A stretch of 64,000 nt of DNA from Escherichia coli (GCF_050920415.1 NZ_CP169309.1); one strand, 5' to 3'; shown: positions 33,349 to 43,450, counted from the stretch's first letter. The notes: generated by a model from the sequence alone, not told the origin. A program made the numbers and translations.

Positions 33349-33989
33349 CGTACAGCCTCCGCAATCCGGCCCAGCACCGTGTTATAAATCAGGCGTTCAT
33401 CTGCCTGACTGATGCCCAACAGCTCACGTACCGGGTAATCGGTGAAAATGCCCGGCGCAACCTGATCGCGCTCACCGAACTGATGAACGCGTGCAATACG
33501 TGCGGCCACGCCGCTGTAACCCACCGTCACACCGGAAGCATCTGCACGGGCTTTCAGGTAGCGGGCGGTGCGCAGTTTTACGAACATGGGGACGCGCTTT
33601 GTGCTGTCCTGGTTGATGCGCCGGGTGCGTATTTCCAGAAAGCGGTCGATGTCATCCCGGTAAAACGTGCGGATGCTGTTTTTATCCTCATCCCACCCGG
33701 TGATGGTTCGCCCGTATTTCCCCGTGTCGTGATGCCAGTTTTTCAGCGTGCGTGCTTCGTTATTCCAGATAAAGCGAATGCGCTCCTGTATCCTGGTTAC
33801 GCGGCGTCTGCGTGGTGTCCATGCAGTCCCGTCCGGCGCTTTCTGTGACCGGATACGTGCCTGCTGGGCGCGACGTAAATCCTGTGCCAGCTTTCTGGCG
33901 ATGTTATTGATGGCCTGCTGATTCAGGCTGTCGCGGATAGCCTCAAAGGTTTCATCCACGCGGGTGAATGCCTTATCCATCGCTTTCAC
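33345..33989 (-). CDS. Virion morphogenesis / tail completion protein (gpS position)
   Basis: 214 aa, position between gpR and gpV; longer than I recall for P2 gpS. Confidence 0.6.
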   Translation of the reverse strand: MKAMDKAFTRVDETFEAIRDSLNQQAINNIARKLAQDLRRAQQARIRSQKAPDGTAWTPRRRRVTRIQERIRFIWNNEARTLKNWHHDTGKYGRTITGWDEDKNSIRTFYRDDIDRFLEIRTRRINQDSTKRVPMFVKLRTARYLKARADASGVTVGYSGVAARIARVHQFGERDQVAPGIFTDYPVRELLGISQADERLIYNTVLGRIAEAVR

Positions 33990-34440
33990 CCCACGTCACA
34001 TCCTGGAATACATGCGACCAGTCGCCTTCGGAAGAGGGCAGACGGGGTTTTGGCTCCGGCAGGTGTTCTGCCTGCGGTGTCCCCTGACTGCTGCGCGTGA
34101 TGCGAACGCGTTCCCGCAGAGGGAGCGTAAACAGGAGATCGGCGCTGTCATCGTCATTGATAACGGCGGAGAATTTGATGTCCTGATTACGCTCCGGATT
34201 GAGCAACAATTGCGGCTGATTTTCGGATAACCACGCCAGTAGCGGCAGCGTGAGGTCGTCCAGCTCCCCGGCGTAATCCATGACAAACATCACCATCTGA
34301 TAGCGGTAAACAAACGAGGGCGTTTCTCCGGTCGTTTCAATGTTGCCGCTCTCCACGAAAATGGTGAATTTTTCCGGGTTGGCCTGACACCATCGGCATG
34401 AACGGGTCATGGCTTCACGCAGGGAATCAGTTTTCAGCAT
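33973..34440 (-). CDS. Tail completion protein gpR-like
   Basis: 155 aa, position after the lysis genes. Confidence 0.7.
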   Translation of the reverse strand: MLKTDSLREAMTRSCRWCQANPEKFTIFVESGNIETTGETPSFVYRYQMVMFVMDYAGELDDLTLPLLAWLSENQPQLLLNPERNQDIKFSAVINDDDSADLLFTLPLRERVRITRSSQGTPQAEHLPEPKPRLPSSEGDWSHVFQDVTWGESDG

Positions 34441-34717
34441 GGTTGTTGTCCTCGTTGTTCAGTCGTTGCAGCCTGCGCTGTTCCAGTAATTCAATGGCCC
34501 GTTTATCCGCGTTACAGGTTTCCAGTGCATCCAGAAGGCGGTCGCCCCATATACCGAGATTTCCCCATGTGGGAGGGTCAGGGAAGGGGGGCGGCGTTAC
34601 CGGAATGGTCAGCGTCTGCGGTATAAGCCGGACTGACGGCGCTGGCAGTGGCGCGTTCTGCGTGCCTGCGCAGCCTGTCAGTAAAACGAGCGTCAGGCAA
34701 AGCGTGGGCGCATTCAT
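34427..34717 (-). CDS. o-spanin (Rz1/LysC-like outer-membrane lipoprotein)
   Basis: Lipobox LLTGC followed by a Pro-rich mature region; starts inside the i-spanin gene in another frame. Confidence 0.6.
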   Translation of the reverse strand: MNAPTLCLTLVLLTGCAGTQNAPLPAPSVRLIPQTLTIPVTPPPFPDPPTWGNLGIWGDRLLDALETCNADKRAIELLEQRRLQRLNNEDNNHAEN

Positions 34718-34985
34718 CTTTTGCAATATCGTTGCGTAGCTGTTCACGTCTTACCTCTCCGTCCTGATTGCGTTGCTGATTTTCCACGCGGAGTTGCGCC
34801 AGCACCTGCTGCATATCCTGTACCCCGGCGCTGATGATATTCAGGGTGTCGGCGGTACTTTTCAGGGTGCTGGCCTGCGCTTCGTTTCTGGCGTTCTCCC
34901 GGCCCAGCGACCACGACAGACGCATGGATGTTCCCCATCCGGCAATCAGAAGGAAAGCGACGCCAAGCGTGGGCCAGAGCTTCAT
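34578..34985 (-). CDS. i-spanin (Rz/LysB-like)
   Basis: N-terminal TM helix (LWPTLGVAFLLIAGW) followed by charged coiled-coil-like region; start trimmed to MKLWPT. Confidence 0.6.
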   Translation of the reverse strand: MKLWPTLGVAFLLIAGWGTSMRLSWSLGRENARNEAQASTLKSTADTLNIISAGVQDMQQVLAQLRVENQQRNQDGEVRREQLRNDIAKDECAHALPDARFTDRLRRHAERATASAVSPAYTADADHSGNAAPLP

Positions 34986-35374
34986 GCCGGATAGGCTCCG
35001 TGTGGTAACTGAAAATGCGGTCCGTCTTTCAGGGTCTTCCAGTCGCCGCCCCATTCCACCGGAATATTCAGCTCCCGGCTGGCCTGTCTGAATGCTGCTG
35101 CGATTTTTTCGTACAGCGGCCATTCCCATGACACCTGGCTGCCGACATAAGCCACAACATCCACGGCATGCCCCGTAAGGTGGCGGCTGTTCATGGTCTG
35201 GCTCTTACCTGTGGCCACAAGTTGCTTCTGGCGGTAACGGCTGCGCAACCCTTCGGTGATACCAAAATCCACTTCCGAGATTTCCAGTGCCCGTCGGGTC
35301 ACTTTCACCAGATCAGGATTTACGCCCTGCAAATTCTTTTCGCTCCGGCTGCTGAATTTAAATGTGTTGCTCAT
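34982..35374 (-). CDS. Endolysin, peptidase M15 family (T5-type L-alanyl-D-glutamate peptidase-like)
   Basis: 130 aa with zinc-peptidase motif SRHLTGHAVDV; resembles recalled T5 endolysin. Confidence 0.8.
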   Translation of the reverse strand: MSNTFKFSSRSEKNLQGVNPDLVKVTRRALEISEVDFGITEGLRSRYRQKQLVATGKSQTMNSRHLTGHAVDVVAYVGSQVSWEWPLYEKIAAAFRQASRELNIPVEWGGDWKTLKDGPHFQLPHGAYPA

Positions 35375-35694
35375 TCGTCCTTCTCCTTCACCCTGCGATT
35401 AAAGGCCGCAATAACCTTGTCGCGTGCTTTCTCTGCGCCCATAAAACCGATTGATGCGCCGATAAACGTCACGGCATCTTCAGGAAACCCGAAGAAGCGC
35501 AACGACCCGGCCACGGCCATGGCAAGAACGCCGCACGCCAGCGATCCCGTTACGGTCTGAACCAGTGTTCGTCCGTCATAAAGACTCATCAGCGCGGAAA
35601 TGCTGACTGCCGCGCCTACTGCATACACCGTTGGCAGGTGGTCAAAGAGCCACGCAATAACCTGCTCTGTGATCCCTGTTTGAATGGTGCTCAC
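35371..35694 (-). CDS. Holin (putative)
   Basis: About 107 aa with hydrophobic segments and charged C-terminus, immediately upstream of the endolysin; start uncertain. Confidence 0.55.
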   Translation of the reverse strand: MSTIQTGITEQVIAWLFDHLPTVYAVGAAVSISALMSLYDGRTLVQTVTGSLACGVLAMAVAGSLRFFGFPEDAVTFIGASIGFMGAEKARDKVIAAFNRRVKEKDE

Positions 35695-35696
35695 TG

Positions 35697-35903
35697 CTAC
35701 TCCCCCCACAACTGAATCATTTCTCGTTTCTTCTTCTCCGGCTCCGGCATCTCCACGTCCTGCCCGGCGTCCAGAAATACCTGCTGACAGAGTCCGGGGT
35801 TGGCATCCAGCACCTTTTCGGTGACGCCCTGCGTCGTGCCGTAGTACCGGAAACAGAGCGAATCCACGGTGTCGCCTTCCAGTGCCTTCACTTTCATCAG
35901 CAC
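35697..35903 (-). CDS. Tail protein gpX-like (LysM-like)
   Basis: 68 aa resembling recalled P2 gpX. Confidence 0.7.
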   Translation of the reverse strand: MLMKVKALEGDTVDSLCFRYYGTTQGVTEKVLDANPGLCQQVFLDAGQDVEMPEPEKKKREMIQLWGE

Positions 35904-36400
35904 AGCTCCGCAAAGATTCGCGGGCGGCGCAGAATGTCAGAGATGGCCCAGCTCACATCGCGCCACAAATCCGATGTCTGTATATCCAGTGCGTCCGCGC
36001 GGCGGTCGCCCTTATCCGTTGTGTCCGCATCGCGGTAACGCTCCAGAATCAGGGCGCGTGTGGCGGTATAAACGGCATTGCGCCAGTGCCAGAGATTGAC
36101 GCTTTCTCCGTTAATTACGGGTGCCGGAACATCGGCCAGCGTCTGATGGCCAGCCGCCTGTTGTTCCTGCTGCCACGCTTCCAGCTCGCGGGTAACGTGT
36201 GCCACGGCCCCGGTGGCGGTATGCAGCAGGCGGGAGGTGGTCACACGGCCCGGCAGTCGTATCGCCAGACGCAGCTCACGCAGCACAATATCCGGCCAGA
36301 ATGCGCCCGCTGAAATACGGGTATCACCATCATCGGTATCGGTGATGTCGTCCTCTGCGGGTCCGGGGTTGGTTCTGGCAACCATACTCATGGGGTTCAC
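35897..36400 (-). CDS. Head completion/stabilization protein gpL-like
   Basis: 167 aa, position after terminase small subunit. Confidence 0.75.
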   Translation of the reverse strand: MNPMSMVARTNPGPAEDDITDTDDGDTRISAGAFWPDIVLRELRLAIRLPGRVTTSRLLHTATGAVAHVTRELEAWQQEQQAAGHQTLADVPAPVINGESVNLWHWRNAVYTATRALILERYRDADTTDKGDRRADALDIQTSDLWRDVSWAISDILRRPRIFAELC

Positions 36401-36492
36401 TCCTGAAAAAATCGGGCGGTGGGTGCGCGGTGTAAACGGTCACGGAGTCAAACCGGAACACCGCGCACGCCGCCCGCTGACGGGGTCAGTCG

Positions 36493-37293
36493 TTAACCGC
36501 GCTTCGCCTTCTGCGTCGCGGTGGTTTTTCGTGTTGCAGGCTTCCGCGTTGTTTTTTTACTTTTGCTGCTTTCGTCCTGCGTCTGCGGTGTGCTGGCATC
36601 TTCTGGTGCGGCTGCGGAATCAGCTTTCTTCAGGGCGCGGGAAAGGGTTGCAATCTCGCGTTTCACACCTGCGTTCGGGTTCAGGTGCATCGCTTCGCGC
36701 AGCAGCTTCAGTGATGAGGCCATGCTGTCCGCATCACTCAGGCCACGGCGGGCAAAGGCGCACGCCTTGCATAATTTGGCGCGCACTTCGTCCGGCATAT
36801 CCTGGTTGGCGACAATTTCCCAAAGTGTGTCCAGTGGTTCGATAAAGGTGGACAAATCCGCGTCGGCATCCGTCCCGGCCTGCGTCAGTACCGGGTTGCA
36901 GATTTCTTCGGTCAGTACCGTGGCAGCAGTACGGCCAAAGTTATCCGGCATGATGAGGTTGTGACGGACCACATACGCACCAATACGCAGCGCAAGCGGA
37001 AGATCGCCGCAGTCAATCGCCCACACCATCAGCGTGGCAATCACTTCGTCCTGCTGCCCGCCGTCAGCCTCCAGCGTTCCCTCAATCCAGCCGGAAAAAT
37101 CCGGCAACAACTCTTTTTTGATGGCGGCTTTCGCGCTTCTTGCCTGTACGCCCTTAAGCCGGGCCTGTGCCAGACGCAGACGATACAGCACCTCTTCATG
37201 CGCGGTACGCGCGGCGTGGTCCACGCCTTCATTCGCCCGGCCTGCGCGCTGTGCCATCACGTTCTGCCAGTGTTGCTGTGCAGGAGTAATCAT
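36493..37293 (-). CDS. Terminase endonuclease (small) subunit gpM-like
   Basis: 266 aa with basic C-terminal tail; position between capsid and gpL. Confidence 0.8.
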   Translation of the reverse strand: MITPAQQHWQNVMAQRAGRANEGVDHAARTAHEEVLYRLRLAQARLKGVQARSAKAAIKKELLPDFSGWIEGTLEADGGQQDEVIATLMVWAIDCGDLPLALRIGAYVVRHNLIMPDNFGRTAATVLTEEICNPVLTQAGTDADADLSTFIEPLDTLWEIVANQDMPDEVRAKLCKACAFARRGLSDADSMASSLKLLREAMHLNPNAGVKREIATLSRALKKADSAAAPEDASTPQTQDESSKSKKTTRKPATRKTTATQKAKRG

Positions 37294-37338
37294 TTTTTCT
37301 CTCCGTTACAGGCGGGCATGATGCCCGCCGTGAGTTGA

Positions 37339-38391
37339 TTAGCTGTCGGCGAACTTCAGGCCAGTGACCATCGCGCACTTGCCATAGTCTTCAACGACAT
37401 AAGCGTCATTGATGGACTGGTAGGTGGCGATGCGGTTGTATTCCGGTTCGTCTTTCATCAGACGACGCATTGAACCTTTCTGCCAGTAAATCGACAGGTT
37501 GTTGAACGAGGTGATCAGCATCGTTGAATCCGGGAAGAACGGCGCAAGGAACACGCCCAGCCCGCCAATGGTGCGCGATGACAGAATGAGCTGCCCGGCG
37601 AGTAATTCCGCATTGGGATTCTGGCCGCTGATGCTGTTCAGCACGGGCAGACGCAGCGAGTTAAACAGGTTGCGCCCCATAATCACCACGAGGTCGTCAG
37701 CTTCCTTGTGCCATTCATCCAGCAGGGATGAGCGCGCGTCCTGTACCAGTGCATCAGCGTTCGCATACTTACCCGCGTGCGCCACGGTGTTGTCCATGTT
37801 ACGGGAGGTCAGCGTCACGTCATTCATAACGCGTTCGCTGGCGTCGGTTCTGATGTGCTCCAGCCAGCCCACGTTAACGTCCTGAAGCAACTTGTTGGTG
37901 CTGAAGTTAGACTCATCCGCGTGAGACGTGCCGTTGAAACCGATCATGATGCGGTCAAGTGCCACCTGTCGGGCAATCTGTGCGCTGATGCGGGACTGAA
38001 AATCAGGGTGTGCCGCCCAGGCATCAAGCTGCGGATATGAAATAAACGTGTCGTAGTTCACCTGTTCGCACTGGTATTTGCGGTTTTTCAGATCAACCAC
38101 GTTATTCGGGTTACGGCGTTTTGTGCCGTCATAACTGGTATTCGTGCGCGCAATCGGCCCGGTGGTATCCGGGAGGATTTTTTCGCCTTTCTGGTCGGTC
38201 ACGCCGATCACGTTAATTCTTTTTGTAAATTCGGTGCTTTCCTTTGAGGCGTTTTCAAAACGCTGCTGTACCGAGGGTTCCACGGTAAATCGCGATACCA
38301 GTGCGGAAACCGGGATATTGTTAAGCGACGCCTGCTGCGCCATATAGCAACCCAGCTTGTTGCGGGTAATATCTGACATCACCAGATTCAT
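37339..38391 (-). CDS. Major capsid protein gpN-like
   Basis: 350 aa, position and size. Confidence 0.9.
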   Translation of the reverse strand: MNLVMSDITRNKLGCYMAQQASLNNIPVSALVSRFTVEPSVQQRFENASKESTEFTKRINVIGVTDQKGEKILPDTTGPIARTNTSYDGTKRRNPNNVVDLKNRKYQCEQVNYDTFISYPQLDAWAAHPDFQSRISAQIARQVALDRIMIGFNGTSHADESNFSTNKLLQDVNVGWLEHIRTDASERVMNDVTLTSRNMDNTVAHAGKYANADALVQDARSSLLDEWHKEADDLVVIMGRNLFNSLRLPVLNSISGQNPNAELLAGQLILSSRTIGGLGVFLAPFFPDSTMLITSFNNLSIYWQKGSMRRLMKDEPEYNRIATYQSINDAYVVEDYGKCAMVTGLKFADS

Positions 38392-38414
38392 AAAAAATTT
38401 GCTCCTTTGTCTTA

Positions 38415-39284
38415 TCAGAAGTCAGCCAGCTGGTCGGAGGCTGCGCCCGTTGCGGTGAACCGGTTCTGCGGATCGCCGTCCTGCGTGCGCAGTTTTTCCT
38501 TCAGTGCTGCCAGCTCTGTGGTCAGTGAAGTGATTTTCTGGCTGTCCTGCTGATGGCGGGTTTCCAGTGCATTAAAACGGTCGATAATGTCGGCCTGTGA
38601 CGTTGCGACGCCTTCCACCGCTTCCTGAATGCGGGAGAAACTGGCGTCATCCGCTTTGCGGCCACGGCCAATAATCCCCATTACGCGGTTAAACCACTGG
38701 GTGCCTTCTTCCTGGCGTTGTTCTGCCATTTCGATGATTTCAGACTCGATGGCTTCGGAGATAAGCGGTGCTTCACCCTGGACACTGTTGAACGTCATCA
38801 CCGCCTGACGTTGCTGTGCCGTGAATTTCAGGCGCTCAGTGCCCAGGCTTGCCGGGGTGTCGGTCATCGCCAGCCCGACCAGATAGGCGCGCCCGTTAAC
38901 GGAGAACTGCGGGTGCAGTTCGATACTGGAATAGATTTTCTTGCCGTCAGCGACAAGCTGCTTCATGCGCTCGGTCGGTTCGATTTCTGCATACAGCGCA
39001 GTACGTCCGGCCAGCGGGCCTTCCGTAATATCTTCCGTACTCAGCGCGGTGACATCGCCCATTGCGGAAAATTCGCTTGACGGGCATGGCGAGAGATAGT
39101 GCTCAACGTTCACGCGGGCAGCGTAAACATCCGGGTTGAAGTTCTCGGCGGCTTCACGCAGATGTACCGGACTGATTTCGCGGCCATCAACAGTTGATCC
39201 GGAGACAGCCACGCGAAACTTTTTGCGGGATGTCTTTTTTTCATTAGCCATAGTTTTTGCCCCTCTGACTGGTTCTTCAGTCAT
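38415..39284 (-). CDS. Capsid scaffolding protein gpO-like
   Basis: 289 aa, position upstream of capsid gene. Confidence 0.85.
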   Translation of the reverse strand: MTEEPVRGAKTMANEKKTSRKKFRVAVSGSTVDGREISPVHLREAAENFNPDVYAARVNVEHYLSPCPSSEFSAMGDVTALSTEDITEGPLAGRTALYAEIEPTERMKQLVADGKKIYSSIELHPQFSVNGRAYLVGLAMTDTPASLGTERLKFTAQQRQAVMTFNSVQGEAPLISEAIESEIIEMAEQRQEEGTQWFNRVMGIIGRGRKADDASFSRIQEAVEGVATSQADIIDRFNALETRHQQDSQKITSLTTELAALKEKLRTQDGDPQNRFTATGAASDQLADF

Positions 39285-39405
39285 GATGGCAAAGCGTAAC
39301 AGGCTGATACAAAGGGCTTTTGTTGTAAGAAAACGGCCAGAACAGGGGGTTAAGGAGAACGGTTTCGCGCGCGGGTAATCTTCCTGTAATTACTCAGGGG
39401 GAGCA

Positions 39406-41157
39406 ATGATTCAGGACGCTTTTGTGCGCCAGCGTGCGCGGCAACTTTACTGGCAGGGTTATCCGCCCGCAGAAATATCACGTCTGATGGGAATAAACCC
39501 GAACACGATTTATGCGTGGAAAAAACGCGACCAGTGGGATGAAACGCCACCCGTGCAGCGTGTCACGCAGTCCATCGATGCGCGCCTCATCCAGCTCACT
39601 GAAAAACAGAATAAAACAGGTGGTGACTTCAAGGAAATAGACCTGCTGACCCGGCAGCTTAAAAAACTGCATGATGGCCAGCCGGATGCGACGGCCACAG
39701 GAAAGAAAGGCCGGGCGAAAAAGCTTAAAAATCATTTCACGCCGGAACAGATTGCCGCACTGCGGGAAAAAATCATCAGCAGGCTGGAGTGGCATCAGCG
39801 GGGCTGGTTTGACTCCCTGACCCTTTGCAGGGAAGCAGGGATACGTAACAGGATGATCCTGAAATCCCGACAGATTGGGGCGACCTGGTATTTTGCACAG
39901 GAAGCGCTGCTGATGGCGCTGCGTGACGATGTGGCGCAACCTTACCAGCGTAACCAGATTTTTTTGTCTGCGTCGCGTCGTCAGGCGTTCCAGTTTAAAA
40001 GCATTATTCAGAAGGCCGCGGCTGAAGTTGATGTGGAGTTGAAAGGGGGCGATAAAATCATCCTCTCCAACGGCGCAGAGCTGCATTTTCTCGGCACTTC
40101 TGCTGCGTCGGCACAGTCCTATACGGGCAATTTTTATTTTGATGAATTTTTCTGGGTCAGTCGCTTTGCTGAACTGCGCAAGGTGGCTGGCGCTATGGCA
40201 ACCCTCAGCGGACTGCGGCGCACCTACTTCTCCACGCCATCCACCGAAACGCACGAGGCATACGCCTACTGGAACGGCGACCGCTGGAACGAGAAAAAGG
40301 CCACGCATAAACGCCAGCGTTTTTCTGTGGACTGGAAAACGCTGCATAACGGGCTTATCTGCCCTGACCGGACGTGGCGGCAAATTGTCACGCTGGAAGA
40401 TGTGGTTAATCACGGCTGGAAACACACCGATATCGACGAAATTCGTGATGAAAACACCGAAGACGAGTTCCTCAATCTCTATATGTGTGAGTTTGTCCGC
40501 GAAGGGGAATCGGCATTTAACCTGAATATCCTGATTGGCTGCGGTGTTGACGGATACGACGACTGGAAAGACTGGAAACCTTTTGCTCCCCGCCCGATGG
40601 GGAATCGTCCGGTATGGATTGGGTATGACGCAAACGGCAGCAGTGGCAACGGCGACAGCGGCGCTGTGTCCGTGGTGGTTCCTCCGTCTGTTCCTGGTGG
40701 CCGTTTTCGAACGGTGGAGACGCGACGCGCTCAGGGGCTGGAGTTTGAAGAACAGGCCAGAGTCATTGAAGAGTTCACGTGTCGCTACAACGTGGAACAC
40801 ATCGGCATTGATGTGACGGGCGGGAACGGGGAGGCTGTTTATCAGATAGTGAAACGGTTTTTCCCTGCCGCTATTCCGTACACCTTCACGCTGTCATCAA
40901 AACGGTCGCTGGTACTGAAAATGCTGCAAATAATGCGTGCCGGGCGGTGGGAATACGATCGCGCCGAACGCGAGCTGGTCGCGGCCTTTAACGCCGTGCG
41001 TAAGGTGAAAACACCGGGCGGCTTTATCACTTACGAAACGGACCGCGCGAGGGGGATCAGCCACGGCGACCTTGCGTGGGCAACCATGCTTGCTGTCATT
41101 AACGAACCAATTGGCGGCGAAGGAGAAAACGAGCGTTTCACGGTTATGGAGTTCTGA
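39406..41157 (+). CDS. Terminase ATPase (large) subunit gpP-like
   Basis: 583 aa, divergent from gpO as in P2. Confidence 0.9.
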   Translation: MIQDAFVRQRARQLYWQGYPPAEISRLMGINPNTIYAWKKRDQWDETPPVQRVTQSIDARLIQLTEKQNKTGGDFKEIDLLTRQLKKLHDGQPDATATGKKGRAKKLKNHFTPEQIAALREKIISRLEWHQRGWFDSLTLCREAGIRNRMILKSRQIGATWYFAQEALLMALRDDVAQPYQRNQIFLSASRRQAFQFKSIIQKAAAEVDVELKGGDKIILSNGAELHFLGTSAASAQSYTGNFYFDEFFWVSRFAELRKVAGAMATLSGLRRTYFSTPSTETHEAYAYWNGDRWNEKKATHKRQRFSVDWKTLHNGLICPDRTWRQIVTLEDVVNHGWKHTDIDEIRDENTEDEFLNLYMCEFVREGESAFNLNILIGCGVDGYDDWKDWKPFAPRPMGNRPVWIGYDANGSSGNGDSGAVSVVVPPSVPGGRFRTVETRRAQGLEFEEQARVIEEFTCRYNVEHIGIDVTGGNGEAVYQIVKRFFPAAIPYTFTLSSKRSLVLKMLQIMRAGRWEYDRAERELVAAFNAVRKVKTPGGFITYETDRARGISHGDLAWATMLAVINEPIGGEGENERFTVMEF

Positions 41158-42203
41158 TGAGCAGAAAAAATAAAAAAGTGCGCATGAGTTCACGCATTGA
41201 TCTCGCTGATGCGCTCAGGAAAGAATCATCGCTCAGTGCATTCACATTTGATGGTCCTTATCGCCTGACCGGGCATGACCTGCTGGACAATATGTACTGT
41301 GCTGATAACGGGCGGTGGTATGAAACCCCGGTGGACTGGTACGGTCTGGCAAGAGCCGCCCGGCAAACGTCCTGGCATCAGTCTGCGCTTTACTTTAAGC
41401 GCAATGTATTGCTCGGTTGCTACATCCCGCACCCGCTGCTTTCCCGGCAGGATTTCTCGGCGCTGGCGCTGGACTGGTTTGTGTTCGGTAACGCATTCCT
41501 TGAGCTTCGAAGCAATATGCTCGGCGAACCGCTTAAATTACGGCACGCCCTGGCGAAATACATGCGACGCGGAAGCGATCTTGAATCATGGTGGTATGTG
41601 CAGGATGGCAAGGATGCGTTTCAGTTTCGCCCAGGCAAAGTGTGCCACCTGATGAATCCGGACATTAACCAGGAAATCTACGGCATGCCGGAATATCTCG
41701 GCGCATTACTCTCGGCCAGCCTGTCTCATTCGGCGGACATGTTCAGAAAACTGTATTACGACAACGGATCCCACGCCGGGTGCATCATCTACATCGGTGC
41801 AGCGCAGGTAAACCGCGAAAGCATGGACTCCCTGAAAGAAACGCTACAGGGTGCGCGTGGTGGTGGTGCGTTTAAAAACGTGCTCATTCATGCGCCCAAC
41901 GGGGGCAAAGAGGGGGTGCAAATTTTGCCGTTCCAGCAGATCACCGCAAAGGATGAGTTCATGAATGTTAAGGCGGCATCCCGTGATGATGTGCTGGCTG
42001 CGCACCGCGTTCCGCCGCAACTGATGGGGGCGATGCCGGGTGAAAAAAGTGCGTTTGGTGATGTGGAGAAGGCCGCGCGGGTTTACGCAATTAACGAGCT
42101 GATGCCCGTCATGGAGGCCATGAAGCATATCAATGACTGGCTTGGCGAAGAGGTGCTCCGCTTTAACCCTTACGCACTGCTGGACACCCAGCCCACATCC
42201 TGA
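41157..42203 (+). CDS. Portal protein gpQ-like
   Basis: 348 aa directly after the terminase gene. Confidence 0.9.
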   Translation: MSRKNKKVRMSSRIDLADALRKESSLSAFTFDGPYRLTGHDLLDNMYCADNGRWYETPVDWYGLARAARQTSWHQSALYFKRNVLLGCYIPHPLLSRQDFSALALDWFVFGNAFLELRSNMLGEPLKLRHALAKYMRRGSDLESWWYVQDGKDAFQFRPGKVCHLMNPDINQEIYGMPEYLGALLSASLSHSADMFRKLYYDNGSHAGCIIYIGAAQVNRESMDSLKETLQGARGGGAFKNVLIHAPNGGKEGVQILPFQQITAKDEFMNVKAASRDDVLAAHRVPPQLMGAMPGEKSAFGDVEKAARVYAINELMPVMEAMKHINDWLGEEVLRFNPYALLDTQPTS

Positions 42204-42656
42204 CGCGCTTCGCTTGTCTGCTGCTTCGCCGGGGCATAAAAAATTTATGCCCCGACTCTCCAGCTCCTGTATCAGTCAGATAATTTCACGACGCCTTCCA
42301 GTTTATCGCCACTATCGACAGTCAGACTCTTACGCAATCCCACTGCGCTGACTGCATGTTCTCGCCGCCTCAGTGCGATTTTGACGGCCTTATCTGCCAC
42401 CCCGTCAAATCAAAAGCCCTCACGTCTTTTTCACGCTCAGCGTGAGAAATACAGCCATTCTGTTGTGTCGCTGCGACATCGTTCAGGGGATGCTATTTAC
42501 CCCCTGAAACGCGGGCTGTTCCCCCGTCACCTGCGCGTAGAAAAAGCGCGTTTTTTTGTGCACGCACGGATCCTTGACGGATCCAGCCGCCACGCGGGCC
42601 GGAAGGGCAAAAAGTCGTTCAAAAAAATTGTGCAAATTTGTGCACTATTGTGCATT

Positions 42657-42686
42657 GAAATAAACGCCCTGGAAGAGGGCGTTTTG
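42657..42686 (-). terminator. Terminator at the end of the cargo operon
   Basis: Hairpin AACGCCCTCTTCCAGGGCGTT followed by a T-rich tail on the minus strand. Confidence 0.5.
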
Positions 42687-42694
42687 GCTCATTT

Positions 42695-42955
42695 CTATAG
42701 CTTTGATGCAGGCTGGGCTAGATGTAAGGGTTGGACATACCAGCCTTTTGATAACCAACTCTCTGCAACATCTTTACTCCTTGTTATTGCTGGTATTCCG
42801 ATGCCGTTATTTACATGCATCCATGCTACTGGCTCTGCTTCCAGCGATGCCAGTGCAATTTCATAAGCACGGCGTTCAATATTGTCTCGAACGTCCAGGC
42901 TGCCGATGCGCTCTTTGATTTCTTTAATCAGTTCTTTGTCGGTGAACGTTGTCAT
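42695..42955 (-). CDS. Hypothetical small protein (cargo operon gene 8)
   Basis: 86 aa ORF, last gene of the minus-strand operon; no recognised family. Confidence 0.45.
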   Translation of the reverse strand: MTTFTDKELIKEIKERIGSLDVRDNIERRAYEIALASLEAEPVAWMHVNNGIGIPAITRSKDVAESWLSKGWYVQPLHLAQPASKL

Positions 42956-42965
42956 GTGTTAGTCC

Positions 42966-43229
42966 TTATCCTGCTGTGCTTTCAACTGATGAGGGGAACA
43001 AAATCTTTTCATCAAATCCGGCATTCATATCATGGACAGCAACACACCAATCCATCGACGAACGATTATCAAGAGCCTCCATGATTTCATCCATGCGGCG
43101 TAGGTCATACAGGTAAATGTTTTTATCGCCAATGGTGTAAAAACCAATTTTTTTCGGTGATGGACAGCGATCAAGAACGTCCTGTAATTCGTTCAACCAT
43201 GCCTGTTCTTTTTTTGTCAACGTTGCCAT
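42966..43229 (-). CDS. Hypothetical small protein (cargo operon gene 7)
   Basis: About 87 aa from MATLTKKEQ; no recognised family. Confidence 0.45.
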   Translation of the reverse strand: MATLTKKEQAWLNELQDVLDRCPSPKKIGFYTIGDKNIYLYDLRRMDEIMEALDNRSSMDWCVAVHDMNAGFDEKILFPSSVESTAG

Positions 43230-43230
43230 A

Positions 43231-43449
43231 TCAGTTTTCCTTATACGGATTAATTTTATTGTGCAATGTGTTGAACGACGCCCATACCACGTCGTTATAC
43301 AATTCAATAACTGGCTCAATTATTTTCCCGATTGCCCAGATAAAAATTAGCGGGGATATCGGTATCATCAACACGATAAACAGAATGAGAAACAGAAATT
43401 CTATTGCTCTACTCTTTCGCGGATAGTTTTTCCTGAATAGTGTAGGCAC
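43231..43449 (-). CDS. Small single-pass membrane protein (cargo operon gene 6)
   Basis: 72 aa with one strongly hydrophobic helix (FLFLILFIVLMIPISPLIFIWAIG). Confidence 0.45.
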   Translation of the reverse strand: MPTLFRKNYPRKSRAIEFLFLILFIVLMIPISPLIFIWAIGKIIEPVIELYNDVVWASFNTLHNKINPYKEN

Positions 43450-43450
43450 C

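Noticed and set aside
42381-42866. 161-aa plus-strand ORF spanning the putative cos region
   Set aside because: Crosses repeat-rich noncoding DNA and a terminator hairpin and overlaps a convergent operon gene; no family resemblance
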